From: a virus | Reading direction: 5' to 3' (one strand) | IMG/VR virus record: IMGVR_UViG_3300020048_000044 | Location: 57,734 to 121,733 of that record | Length of the DNA: 64,000 nucleotides | Part shown: piece by piece, positions 18,864 to 26,766 of the stretch | Numbering within the stretch: the stretch's first letter is position 1 | Layout: every line of letters starts with the position of its first letter | Made by a program: the position numbers and the translations under genes | The notes under the pieces: generated by a model | The model's input: only the letters and a program-made list of their open reading frames with translations | What the model was told of the DNA's origin: nothing | The model's database searches: none

Positions 18864-19157
18864 TTAAAATTCTTTAACAAGTGTATAATCTTTATGTGTT
18901 TTAAAACGCTCACTCCATTCTCTAGGTTCGTCTAGTATGGTCATACCACAAATACTTTTCATATCCTCAATAGTATAAGATATTTCTAAACCAAAACGAT
19001 TGAAGTAATGTGTTGAAAATAAAACGGGAATCATACCAACACCATAAACATACTTTTGTAAATGAAATAAACGTAAATGTGTAGCACCCAATTTTTTCGC
19101 TTCTAAATCATAATTAGATTTAGTTTCATTTTCTAACAATAATTTTCTAGTTGCCAT
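18864..19157 (-). CDS. hypothetical protein
   Basis: Part of the leftward operon from promoter 20261. Confidence 0.75.
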   Translation of the reverse strand: MATRKLLLENETKSNYDLEAKKLGATHLRLFHLQKYVYGVGMIPVLFSTHYFNRFGLEISYTIEDMKSICGMTILDEPREWSERFKTHKDYTLVKEF

Positions 19158-19167
19158 ATATTAAAAA

Positions 19168-19335
19168 TTAATTACGTGTATAAATTAATCCATCAAATTT
19201 GCATTTAAGACGTTTTTTAATTGAACCGTCTTTTTTCAAATAATCGGTTGCTTCAAAGTCTTTGTAATGGGTTGCACCCTCGCCAAATTTAATTTCGCTT
19301 TGTGTTGGTTTGCGTGAATATTCTAATTTTTTCAT
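19168..19335 (-). CDS. 55-aa phage protein (not in ORF track)
   Basis: MKKLEYSRKPTQSEIKFGEGATHYKDF...DGLIYTRN. Confidence 0.7.
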   Translation of the reverse strand: MKKLEYSRKPTQSEIKFGEGATHYKDFEATDYLKKDGSIKKRLKCKFDGLIYTRN

Positions 19336-19477
19336 AATAAGGTTTTTTAATTAACTTTTAATAGTGCATTTAATTTGCCCGTTTTCGTTACGAATATTAA
19401 TATTTGAAGTTGGTATATTGTTTTTTAATTTACCAATATTTTGTAAATGACAAACTAATATATTAGTTATATCCAAT

Positions 19478-19825
19478 TTAAGAAACGATTATACATTCCT
19501 CATCGTAATCATTAGTTGTAAACTCAATACACGATGATTTTTTAATCATTTCTATTGCTTTTGCTATATTTTTTGAGTGTTCAATAGCCATTTTCTTTTT
19601 TTCTAATTCAATTCCAGAATAATAATCTTTCCACGCTTTCCTGTCTTTTGAACACTCATAGCAGAATAAATCATTATAATCATCTTCATTCCCTCTTTTT
19701 GATTCATAATGTTCGACAATTAAATAATATCCTTTTATTTCTTTCTTACACGTTTTACAAATCATAGAACCGCACTTGCACGATTCTGAATTTGTTATTT
19801 GAGTTGATGTTCCGTATTTTCCCAT
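19478..19825 (-). CDS. Zn-finger-like hypothetical protein
   Basis: CxC..CxxC...CxxC. Confidence 0.75.
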   Translation of the reverse strand: MGKYGTSTQITNSESCKCGSMICKTCKKEIKGYYLIVEHYESKRGNEDDYNDLFCYECSKDRKAWKDYYSGIELEKKKMAIEHSKNIAKAIEMIKKSSCIEFTTNDYDEECIIVS

Positions 19826-19842
19826 AATTAAATAAAAACTGG

Positions 19843-19972
19843 CTATAACCAGTGGTATAGTTAATTGCCGTGTTTGTACTAATTTGAAGCGTTACCACCC
19901 GCTTGTAATTCTGTGTATTTTGATATGGAAGTAGCCCGCATTAGGCAACTAACCATACCACCAACGTTATTT
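19843..19972. repeat. attC-like 130-bp imperfect hairpin
   Basis: CTATAAC...GTTATTT outer cores; 19-nt inner arms AGTGGTATAGTTAATTGCC / GGCAACTAACCATACCACC. Confidence 0.55.
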
Positions 19973-20017
19973 CACTTTGTTCTAATTCTATTGTTATTGA
20001 TTCCTTCATATAGGTTT

Positions 20018-20227
20018 TTATTTAGTTAGTTTAGTATATGCAAAGATATTGAATGATAATATAGAAACACAAATACCAATATAAAGCATTGGGATTGCGT
20101 GTAAAGGTGTTTCTTTTTGAAACGATACAATGAGAGCAGCTAATAAGATTAAACCACTCAGACCACTTGAAACGGCTAAATAAACCATAGCTACAAATTC
20201 AAAGATGTTTTTGATTACTTTTTTCAT
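20018..20227 (-). CDS. small two-TM membrane protein
   Basis: Two hydrophobic helices; promoter at 20261 (- strand). Confidence 0.75.
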   Translation of the reverse strand: MKKVIKNIFEFVAMVYLAVSSGLSGLILLAALIVSFQKETPLHAIPMLYIGICVSILSFNIFAYTKLTK

Positions 20228-20446
20228 ATCAGTTTGTTTTTAGTTGATTAATTGATAAGGCAAAGATAGATATAATATTTTACAATTCCAAACTTTTTAT
20301 TAAAATAATTTATTTTATTTTTAAATTGGTTGAATATCAATGTTTTAAAAAATAAATGAAAAAAAGTTGCCCAGGAATTTGGTAATTACAAAAACATTTT
20401 CTATCTTTGCCCTATCAATTTAATTAACCAACTAAAAAACCTTATT

Positions 20447-21265
20447 ATGAAAACATTAATTAACGAAACAGTATTAGCAAATTTTGAAACAACAACAAAA
20501 GAAGTATTAGCTAAAAAATTAAATGTATCAGTAAGAAGTATTGTAGCTACATTTTCATCACTAAAAAGACGTAAATTAATACCAACAAATAAACATTTAT
20601 TAAGTAGTTTAACTATTGAAACTCCAAAAATTGAAATTAAAGCAAAAGAAAAATTTCAAAATGTTAAAGGTGAAAAAAAACAAGTTGCTAGAGATTTAAT
20701 GGTTAAATCAATTGTTCAAAGTGAAATTTCAAAAGGAACAATTTTAACACTGCCTTTTATACATTGTAAAATTGAACAACAATTGATTAACATTGTAGGT
20801 AAAAAATACAACTTTTTAGGATGCGAAAACGACCCAATTGTTTATAATCAAATGCTTATGACAATTGCACAAAATAACCTACCAATTAGCACCCATAAAG
20901 GCAATATAAAAGATAAAATAAATATTGCAAATGAAAATGAATACTCACATTTAATATTAGATTATTGCGGTCAACTAGGAACAACACACGAAGAGATTAA
21001 AACAGCAATTGAAAATAATATTGTTCAAGTTGGGGGCGTTATTGCAATAACATTAAATAAAAGAATAACTCCAAATACAGAATTTATTTATGAATTAATG
21101 GAAAAATTAAATCCACGAACAAAAGAAGACGAGGATACAAGGTGTGAACACGCTTTAAGAACTTTTATAAACCGTATCGGTGGGTTAAATTATGCTATTG
21201 AATCAGTTTTAAATTATCACGATACTACAAGTATGATTTTAATGATAGTTAGACGAATAAATTAA
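20447..21265 (+). CDS. HTH plus SAM-dependent methyltransferase-like fold protein
   Basis: N-terminal LAKKLNVSVRSI HTH-like segment; C-terminal ILTLP..LGCEND..HLILDYCG resembles Rossmann MTase motifs. Confidence 0.45.
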   Translation: MKTLINETVLANFETTTKEVLAKKLNVSVRSIVATFSSLKRRKLIPTNKHLLSSLTIETPKIEIKAKEKFQNVKGEKKQVARDLMVKSIVQSEISKGTILTLPFIHCKIEQQLINIVGKKYNFLGCENDPIVYNQMLMTIAQNNLPISTHKGNIKDKINIANENEYSHLILDYCGQLGTTHEEIKTAIENNIVQVGGVIAITLNKRITPNTEFIYELMEKLNPRTKEDEDTRCEHALRTFINRIGGLNYAIESVLNYHDTTSMILMIVRRIN

Positions 21266-21359
21266 TTTTAAAAATAAATGACAATTTATTTGGAATTGTC
21301 ATTTATATTTTCTATCTTTGCCTTATCAATTTAAAACAAACCAACTAAAAAACCTTATT

Positions 21360-21527
21360 ATGATTGCTTTAATTAATACCTCAATCAACTACAAAGCAGA
21401 AGCCGAAAAAATTTCAGCTACATTCAATTATTATCAATGGTTAATAGATGCCAAAAAAGAATGCCGAATAGATTTAACCCTAATCGAATTGTGGAAAAAA
21501 ATAACCGTTAATTTACCACAAAAATAA
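21360..21527 (+). CDS. hypothetical early protein
   Basis: ATG 21360; the track's TTG 21318 is the -7 box. Confidence 0.65.
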   Translation: MIALINTSINYKAEAEKISATFNYYQWLIDAKKECRIDLTLIELWKKITVNLPQK

Positions 21528-21587
21528 TTTGAAAAAAAACCACAATTTATTTGGAATTGTGGTTTTTTTGTTTTATCTTTGTTGTGT

Positions 21588-21654
21588 TGATAATGACAAC
21601 GGGCTGAGCTGAAAACTTAGAAGAGTAGACTCGCTAGTACCTTATATTTTTTTT
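21588..21654 (+). ncRNA. putative small structured RNA, copy 3 of 3
   Basis: Promoter at 21550-21581; ATGAC, hairpin CTGAG/CTTAG, GTAGACTC-N5-TACCTTATA-T8; no ORF. Confidence 0.6.
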
Positions 21655-21765
21655 ATTTAGATAAATTATAAATAACAAAATAATTGAAAATAAATTTGGA
21701 TATATCAAATTTTTGTTTTATCTTTGTCTTATCAATTTAACATTAACCAACTAAAAAACCTTATT

Positions 21766-22323
21766 ATGAAAAACTTAATCCAAACAAACCAAAAAATTGA
21801 AGTTGCTAACTATCCATACGGTTATACATTAAAAACAATTTTATTTGATACTATGGAGTTTAATGCAAAAAAAGGTTATAGACATATAACACAAACAATA
21901 AACCCAAAAAATGGTAGGTTAAACGCTGAAAAAAAATCTACTTATGCACCTTTAAAAGTTAGATTTTTTGATGAAAACGGACATATTAAGGTTATTGTTT
22001 TTGATTTTAACGGTGGCAAAGCTATTAACAAAGCAATGAATTTTATTAATGAAAACTTTGAACTTTTCACAACTAAAGAAATAGAGTATTTTTATTATTT
22101 AGCCTTCTCAATGCTTAAATGTGATGTTATGGCGTTGATTCAATACGCTGGTATGAAGTTTGACGATTTAAAACCAATCTATAATGAAATTTCAAACAAA
22201 ATGATTGAGGGAATAAAAAACCCTACATTAAATAATTTTAATGTTAATTTAGATGTTGAAAAAATTGATAGTTTGAGAGATGTAAATTATCAACCTTTTA
22301 AAATTGTTGAATACAATTATTAA
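21766..22323 (+). CDS. hypothetical early protein
   Basis: ATG 21766; NYPYG motif; own promoter. Confidence 0.8.
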   Translation: MKNLIQTNQKIEVANYPYGYTLKTILFDTMEFNAKKGYRHITQTINPKNGRLNAEKKSTYAPLKVRFFDENGHIKVIVFDFNGGKAINKAMNFINENFELFTTKEIEYFYYLAFSMLKCDVMALIQYAGMKFDDLKPIYNEISNKMIEGIKNPTLNNFNVNLDVEKIDSLRDVNYQPFKIVEYNY

Positions 22324-22440
22324 AATAATAATAAATAAAAAAACCACAATTCTAAATTGTGGTTTTTTTATTTAATCATATACACAATTGTGTATATCAT
22401 CTAATAAAATTCAATAATTAGATACTTAAAAGATATTTAT

Positions 22441-22516
22441 TTTTATTCTGACATAAAAAAAAGTCCCGTAGGACTTTTTATTCTGATATAAAAAAAAATC
22501 CCGTAGGACTTTTTTA
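22441..22516. repeat. tandem duplicated terminator
   Basis: TTTTATTCTGA(C/T)ATAAAAAAAA(G/AT)..CCCGTAGGACTTTT twice; the first forms AAAAGTCC-cgta-GGACTTTT. Confidence 0.8.
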
Positions 22517-22747
22517 TTTAATCATTTTGTTTAATTCCAGTTTAATTCTTTTTGCAGTTTCACCACGCCACGAACTAGCATTCGATAAAAAATACAAAAT
22601 AATACTTTTGCCTGTATCTAAACCGTATTTATCATTTACATTTGATAGCGTTTGCATAGCTTGTAAATAAGGAACAGCCCCAAAATTTACTTTTTTCCAA
22701 TCTGTTTTTATTTCATTTGCAATTACATTTAATTTTCTCTTTTCCAT
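22514..22747 (-). CDS. conserved phage hypothetical protein
   Basis: IANEIKTDWKKVNFGAVPYL..YFLSNASSWRGETAKRIKLEL; ATG 22747 after promoter 22786. Confidence 0.8.
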   Translation of the reverse strand: MEKRKLNVIANEIKTDWKKVNFGAVPYLQAMQTLSNVNDKYGLDTGKSIILYFLSNASSWRGETAKRIKLELNKMIK

Positions 22748-22966
22748 ATTAATTTTTTTAGTTGGTTTATAATAAATTGACACCACAAAGATAAAACAAA
22801 TTTTTGATAAAAACAAATTTTTTTATCTTTTTTTATTATGGGTAAAATATTTGTTTATTTATAATGTTTATAAATAAGAAATTATTTAAAATAATTGTTT
22901 GTATATTCAAATTTTATTTCTATATTTGCATATCAATTTATTATAAACCAACTAAAATTTTAAATT

Positions 22967-23248
22967 ATGAGCTTTTTTAAAAAAATAGATTTTATAAACC
23001 AACAACTAAAAGTTAACAGTTTAACTTTAATTGCAGATTTTTTTCTTACTAATGTAAAAACTTGCAAAGTGGTTGAAATAGACGTAAATACAGAAAATAA
23101 CACTAATACGTGGCTAATTAAATTAGAAGCAATTGGATTAGTTAAAAACGTTTCAATTGTTAATTTTGAATTATCAGAAATAGACGAAGCAAACAAATTT
23201 TTAATTCAAAATTATATTAATAAAACACTAGCTAATTATTTAGAATAA
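22967..23248 (+). CDS. hypothetical early protein
   Basis: Own promoter (TATATTTG 22921). Confidence 0.7.
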   Translation: MSFFKKIDFINQQLKVNSLTLIADFFLTNVKTCKVVEIDVNTENNTNTWLIKLEAIGLVKNVSIVNFELSEIDEANKFLIQNYINKTLANYLE

Positions 23249-23348
23249 TTCTAAATAACAATTATTTTAAAATAATTGTTTGTATATCCAAAAATTAATT
23301 GTATCTTTGCCTTATCAAATTAACACAAACCAACTAAAAATCTTTATT

Positions 23349-23897
23349 ATGAAAAATGTAACTGTAAAGGAATTAACTCAAATTTTATTAGAAACTAAGT
23401 TAATCAAAGGAATGAATATGTTTGCTTCTGTTTTGCAAATCACCGAACCAAAAACAACCGTAAAAGATAGAAACAACAAAGACAATAAAAACCCATACGT
23501 GAAAATACAAAAATTTTCAAAGGTTTCTATCTTATTAAATGCTGATTATGTAACAGCCGTAATTAATCAATTAGAACGAGAAAACAAAGAACAAACAGAA
23601 TATAAACAAGGCAAAAATACAATGCCTTTAGTATTCGGTGAAAATAACCAATTTTTAGGTTTTTACGGTGGTAGTCCTGTTTTACAATATCGTCCTAATG
23701 ATAATGTAAAATCAAAAAGCAAATATTTAGCTGATGGAAAATTAATCGACAAAGCAAAAATTGAGGGATTTTTACCACTCGTAAAAAATGCCGAAAATCA
23801 AGGAACGGACAGAGAAATTTTTTGGAGAAAACTATACCTAAAAAATGTAAAAAAATTGACATTCAACGGACAAACTTACAAAGTAATCGGAGAATAA
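23349..23897 (+). CDS. hypothetical early protein
   Basis: ATG 23349 after promoter 23302. Confidence 0.8.
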   Translation: MKNVTVKELTQILLETKLIKGMNMFASVLQITEPKTTVKDRNNKDNKNPYVKIQKFSKVSILLNADYVTAVINQLERENKEQTEYKQGKNTMPLVFGENNQFLGFYGGSPVLQYRPNDNVKSKSKYLADGKLIDKAKIEGFLPLVKNAENQGTDREIFWRKLYLKNVKKLTFNGQTYKVIGE

Positions 23898-23924
23898 AAA
23901 TACACTCCGAACAACTACAAAATG

Positions 23925-23949
23925 AAAAAGGGATTAACTCCCTTTTTTT
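23925..23949 (+). terminator. intrinsic terminator
   Basis: AAAAAGGGA-ttaac-TCCCTTTTT. Confidence 0.75.
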
Positions 23950-24119
23950 GTGTAATTTTTCTTTATACATAATCATTCTAAATAACATAATTGTTAATAA
24001 CTTTATACTATATTATTTGCTATTAAAATAAATTTTACACGACACAATATAAAGCGTTTTAAGCAATGTTATGTATAAATGATATACGGACACAACCAAA
24101 AAAAGATAGTCCCATACAA

Positions 24120-24191
24120 CCCCCCTGTGCACCCCTACCCCCGTGTTACCCCCCCCGTCTATGCCCCACCGTGTAGGGTGAAATAGGGGGG
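24120..24191 (-). other. G-quadruplex-prone tract
   Basis: + strand C-runs of 6, 4, 5, 8 and 4 nt separated by 2-7 nt, then GGG and GGGGGG. Confidence 0.75.
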
Positions 24192-24204
24192 ATGATGCTG
24201 TTCA

Positions 24205-24340
24205 CTAAAATTTTTTCCAGAATTTTTTTATAACATATTTGGACCTTGTTCGCTAAAATTTTTTCTAGGATTTTTTTATATATCATATTTGGACCTTGTT
24301 ACCCAAAATTTTTTCCTAGGATTTTTTCACATATTATATT
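24205..24340 (+). repeat. three ~48-nt tandem direct repeats (third partial)
   Basis: C(T/C)AAAATTTTTTC..AG(A/G)ATTTTTT..CATATTTGGACCTTGTT at 24205, 24253 and 24303. Confidence 0.85.
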
Positions 24341-24426
24341 AGGGGGGTCTTATATCGAAAAAAAATTTTTTAGAAATTTTTTTGATATATATTTGGTAGT
24401 CTCAAAATTTATTAATACCTTTGCAT

Positions 24427-24798
24427 ATGAAAAAAATTCTAGTATTATTATTTATGTTATTAAGTGGGATATGTTTGTCACAGGTTCCAGAGTTTAGGCC
24501 CAATCAATTTAGGTTATTGGATAATTCATCGGATGCTAGCATTTTGGTATATCGTCCAGTGAAGCAGATTAAGATAACGTTTAAGACGATGATAAATGAT
24601 AATGTTGTTGATAACATATTTGAGGATTTATCTGAGGGTATTGATTTGGGTGAGGCAGATTATTTAGGTATTGGTAAGTATGATATAAGGTTAAAGTATT
24701 ATATGAATTCGAGGTTACGTTTATTGGGTAGGTTAGTAGTACGGAGGTTGGATATGGGTGATGCGAGTTATTATATTGGATTTGAGTATAAATTTTAA
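24427..24798 (+). CDS. exported protein, probable small outer-membrane beta-strand protein
   Basis: Signal peptide MKKILVLLF..CLS-Q; C-terminus YYIGFEYKF. Confidence 0.6.
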   Translation: MKKILVLLFMLLSGICLSQVPEFRPNQFRLLDNSSDASILVYRPVKQIKITFKTMINDNVVDNIFEDLSEGIDLGEADYLGIGKYDIRLKYYMNSRLRLLGRLVVRRLDMGDASYYIGFEYKF

Positions 24799-24801
24799 AA
24801 T

Positions 24802-25458
24802 ATGTATATGGAGTTTAAAAAGTTTAGTGTTAGGGTTATCAATGAAGTTGGCAGTCCTATTAGTATTGGGATGAACATTTCGTTAATTCATAGGGTCCCT
24901 AGAATCTTGAGTGATATTGGGGTTATTGAGACTTATGAGAAGGATTATTCTGGATTTAGTTATGGTGTAAGAAACTTAGGTACGAATAAGATAAGCATCA
25001 TGCATATTTCTAGTATTCGTCCTATAGGATTAGTATTAACGTCTGAGGATGAAGTTTGTGTTGGTGATATATTTTATCATGATGGAGAGCTTCACAAGTG
25101 TATTGAAATTAGTGGTGGTGTTATTGCTGAGAATGGTATAAGGTATCATAGTCAACCATATTCTAAGGTTGTTGCGTTATCGAATGAGATTGGTTATAGT
25201 TATAATCGTGGTCCGATTCACGACCACAATCATAGTTGGAGGGATGGGGTTTATTTAGAGGATTTTAATGATGGGGTTGCACGTAAGTTATATGAGATGC
25301 ATTCTGTTTATGTATTGGTTAGTGAGCAGTGTTTGGAGCATGGGTTAGATTGTTCATGCAAGAGTGGTTTTGTTATCAAGCCTATATTACATGATGGTAA
25401 GATAATCATGGACACATATGACATTACTGGTAATGAATCGTATTATTTTCACAATTAA
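24802..25458 (+). CDS. hypothetical protein
   Basis: Long ORF with G/T-rich codons. Confidence 0.75.
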   Translation: MYMEFKKFSVRVINEVGSPISIGMNISLIHRVPRILSDIGVIETYEKDYSGFSYGVRNLGTNKISIMHISSIRPIGLVLTSEDEVCVGDIFYHDGELHKCIEISGGVIAENGIRYHSQPYSKVVALSNEIGYSYNRGPIHDHNHSWRDGVYLEDFNDGVARKLYEMHSVYVLVSEQCLEHGLDCSCKSGFVIKPILHDGKIIMDTYDITGNESYYFHN

Positions 25459-25470
25459 AAAATCGTATTT

Positions 25471-26736
25471 ATGAAGAAGAAGAGTTTAAAGGTTAAGGAT
25501 TTGGTTGAGCAAGAGAAGCCAGAGTGGGAATTGATATCTGAGAGCAAGAATGATAATATTGATTTATTATTTGAGATATATAAACAGGACAAGGCTAAGG
25601 CTAGGATAATTTATCATCAGCGGAAGTTACATAATCAGAATGCATATCTTCAGACACGTATTGTATTTTTCAAGTGGTCCAATGGGAATTTCAAGTTTGC
25701 TAAGTTTGTTGAGAGTGTTGGCATTGGTAAGACTGGAATAATATATAAGTCTAAGAAGTTGGAGGAGGCTATATTATATAAGGATAAGAAGTTTTATCAT
25801 ATTACTAGCAATAGGATATATCAGTTAACGTATAATAGTCTTAATAATTTCGTAAATACTTATTCATTTGATGGGAATCGTAAGGGTAATTATGTTTATG
25901 ATTATTTGGTAAAGGATTTTGGGTGGTTGCGTAATTTAGCTGAATCTAGGTATGGTGGTAATATATCATTTAACACAATAATTTCTAAGAAGTTATTTAA
26001 TGAGAAGGCTATTTTCAAGTATATTTATGGTTTTTCGTATCCAGTTTCAAAGATATTATCGGTTAATGGATATTCTACGAAGCCTCAGTTGTACAAGTTA
26101 AAGAATTCGGTTATTAACATTGAGAATTTAAAGGCTGAGATGTTAAATAGCACGTTATTTAATGATACATTAAACATGGCCAATACACTTGGTCGTAAGA
26201 TAAATTGTTCATGGAGCTTGAAGCGATTAAAGCAAGAGCATGATAAGTGGGCTAAGGAGATTATTGAGGTTATTCTTGAGTTTGAGCCATTAGAGGAATT
26301 AAAGATTTCAAAGGTTTATAGGGATTTTGCTGAGTTTAGTGGATATGAGTTATTATTAACGAATCATGATTTGATATCTGAGGGCAAGGTAATGTCTCAT
26401 TGTGTTGGAACTTATTCTGGGAAGGTTAATTCTGGAAATTGTGCGATATTTCGTGTGGAGGGTCACACATTAGAGGTAGGTTTTTGCAAACAATATAGCA
26501 CAGATGGTCAGAGATTATCGGTATTATATGGTAGCAAATTAAATAAGATGTTACAGATGGTTCAGTGCATGGGTTTTGATAATGTATCTGCTAATAATGT
26601 ATTAAAGGATAAGATTAATGATTGTATTCATAAGTTTAATGAGAAGGGGATAGAGCAGTATGATTCTGATAGTAATTTTAGGCATACTACGGATGATTTT
26701 TTTAATAATGCGTTAGTTGAAGAGTTACCATTTTAA
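25471..26736 (+). CDS. PcfJ-like domain protein
   Basis: LKQEHD..; DLISEGKVMSHCVGTY; IFRV..TLEV; Q.MG..N. Confidence 0.75.
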   Translation: MKKKSLKVKDLVEQEKPEWELISESKNDNIDLLFEIYKQDKAKARIIYHQRKLHNQNAYLQTRIVFFKWSNGNFKFAKFVESVGIGKTGIIYKSKKLEEAILYKDKKFYHITSNRIYQLTYNSLNNFVNTYSFDGNRKGNYVYDYLVKDFGWLRNLAESRYGGNISFNTIISKKLFNEKAIFKYIYGFSYPVSKILSVNGYSTKPQLYKLKNSVINIENLKAEMLNSTLFNDTLNMANTLGRKINCSWSLKRLKQEHDKWAKEIIEVILEFEPLEELKISKVYRDFAEFSGYELLLTNHDLISEGKVMSHCVGTYSGKVNSGNCAIFRVEGHTLEVGFCKQYSTDGQRLSVLYGSKLNKMLQMVQCMGFDNVSANNVLKDKINDCIHKFNEKGIEQYDSDSNFRHTTDDFFNNALVEELPF

Positions 26737-26738
26737 AT

Positions 26739-26766
26739 AAAAAAGAGGGAATTACCCTCTTTTTTT
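26739..26766. terminator. bidirectional terminator
   Basis: AAAAAGAGGG-aatta-CCCTCTTTTT between convergent genes. Confidence 0.8.

Larger units (their letters stand above)
4591..23309. promoter_or_regulatory. array of >30 Bacteroidota sigma-A-type promoters (TTTG/TTAG-N20-TAnnTTTG)
   Basis: -7 boxes on + at 4615, 5653, 6637, 7077, 7505, 8296, 8791, 9255, 9731, 10201, 11063, 11760, 12383, 12841, 13439, 13886, 14321, 14599, 15129, 15462, 16296, 16788, 17087, 17899, 18414, 20402, 21313, 21574, 21719, 22921, 23302; on - at 5520, 11639, 20261, 22786 (and 4254). Confidence 0.92.

Noticed and set aside
4591-23309. Regularly recurring ~45-70-bp repeats as a CRISPR array
   Set aside because: The repeats are separated by whole genes (200-900 bp), are degenerate, and match the Bacteroidota promoter plus leader; no cas genes.
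4620-24421. ORF-track N-termini such as MSNNNQLK, MSYQIKLN, MPYQFKTNQLK as a shared peptide motif
   Set aside because: These starts are mostly the TTG of the -7 box (4620, 14604, 15134, 16301, 21318, 21724, 24421), translated through the conserved leader; the true ATGs are downstream.
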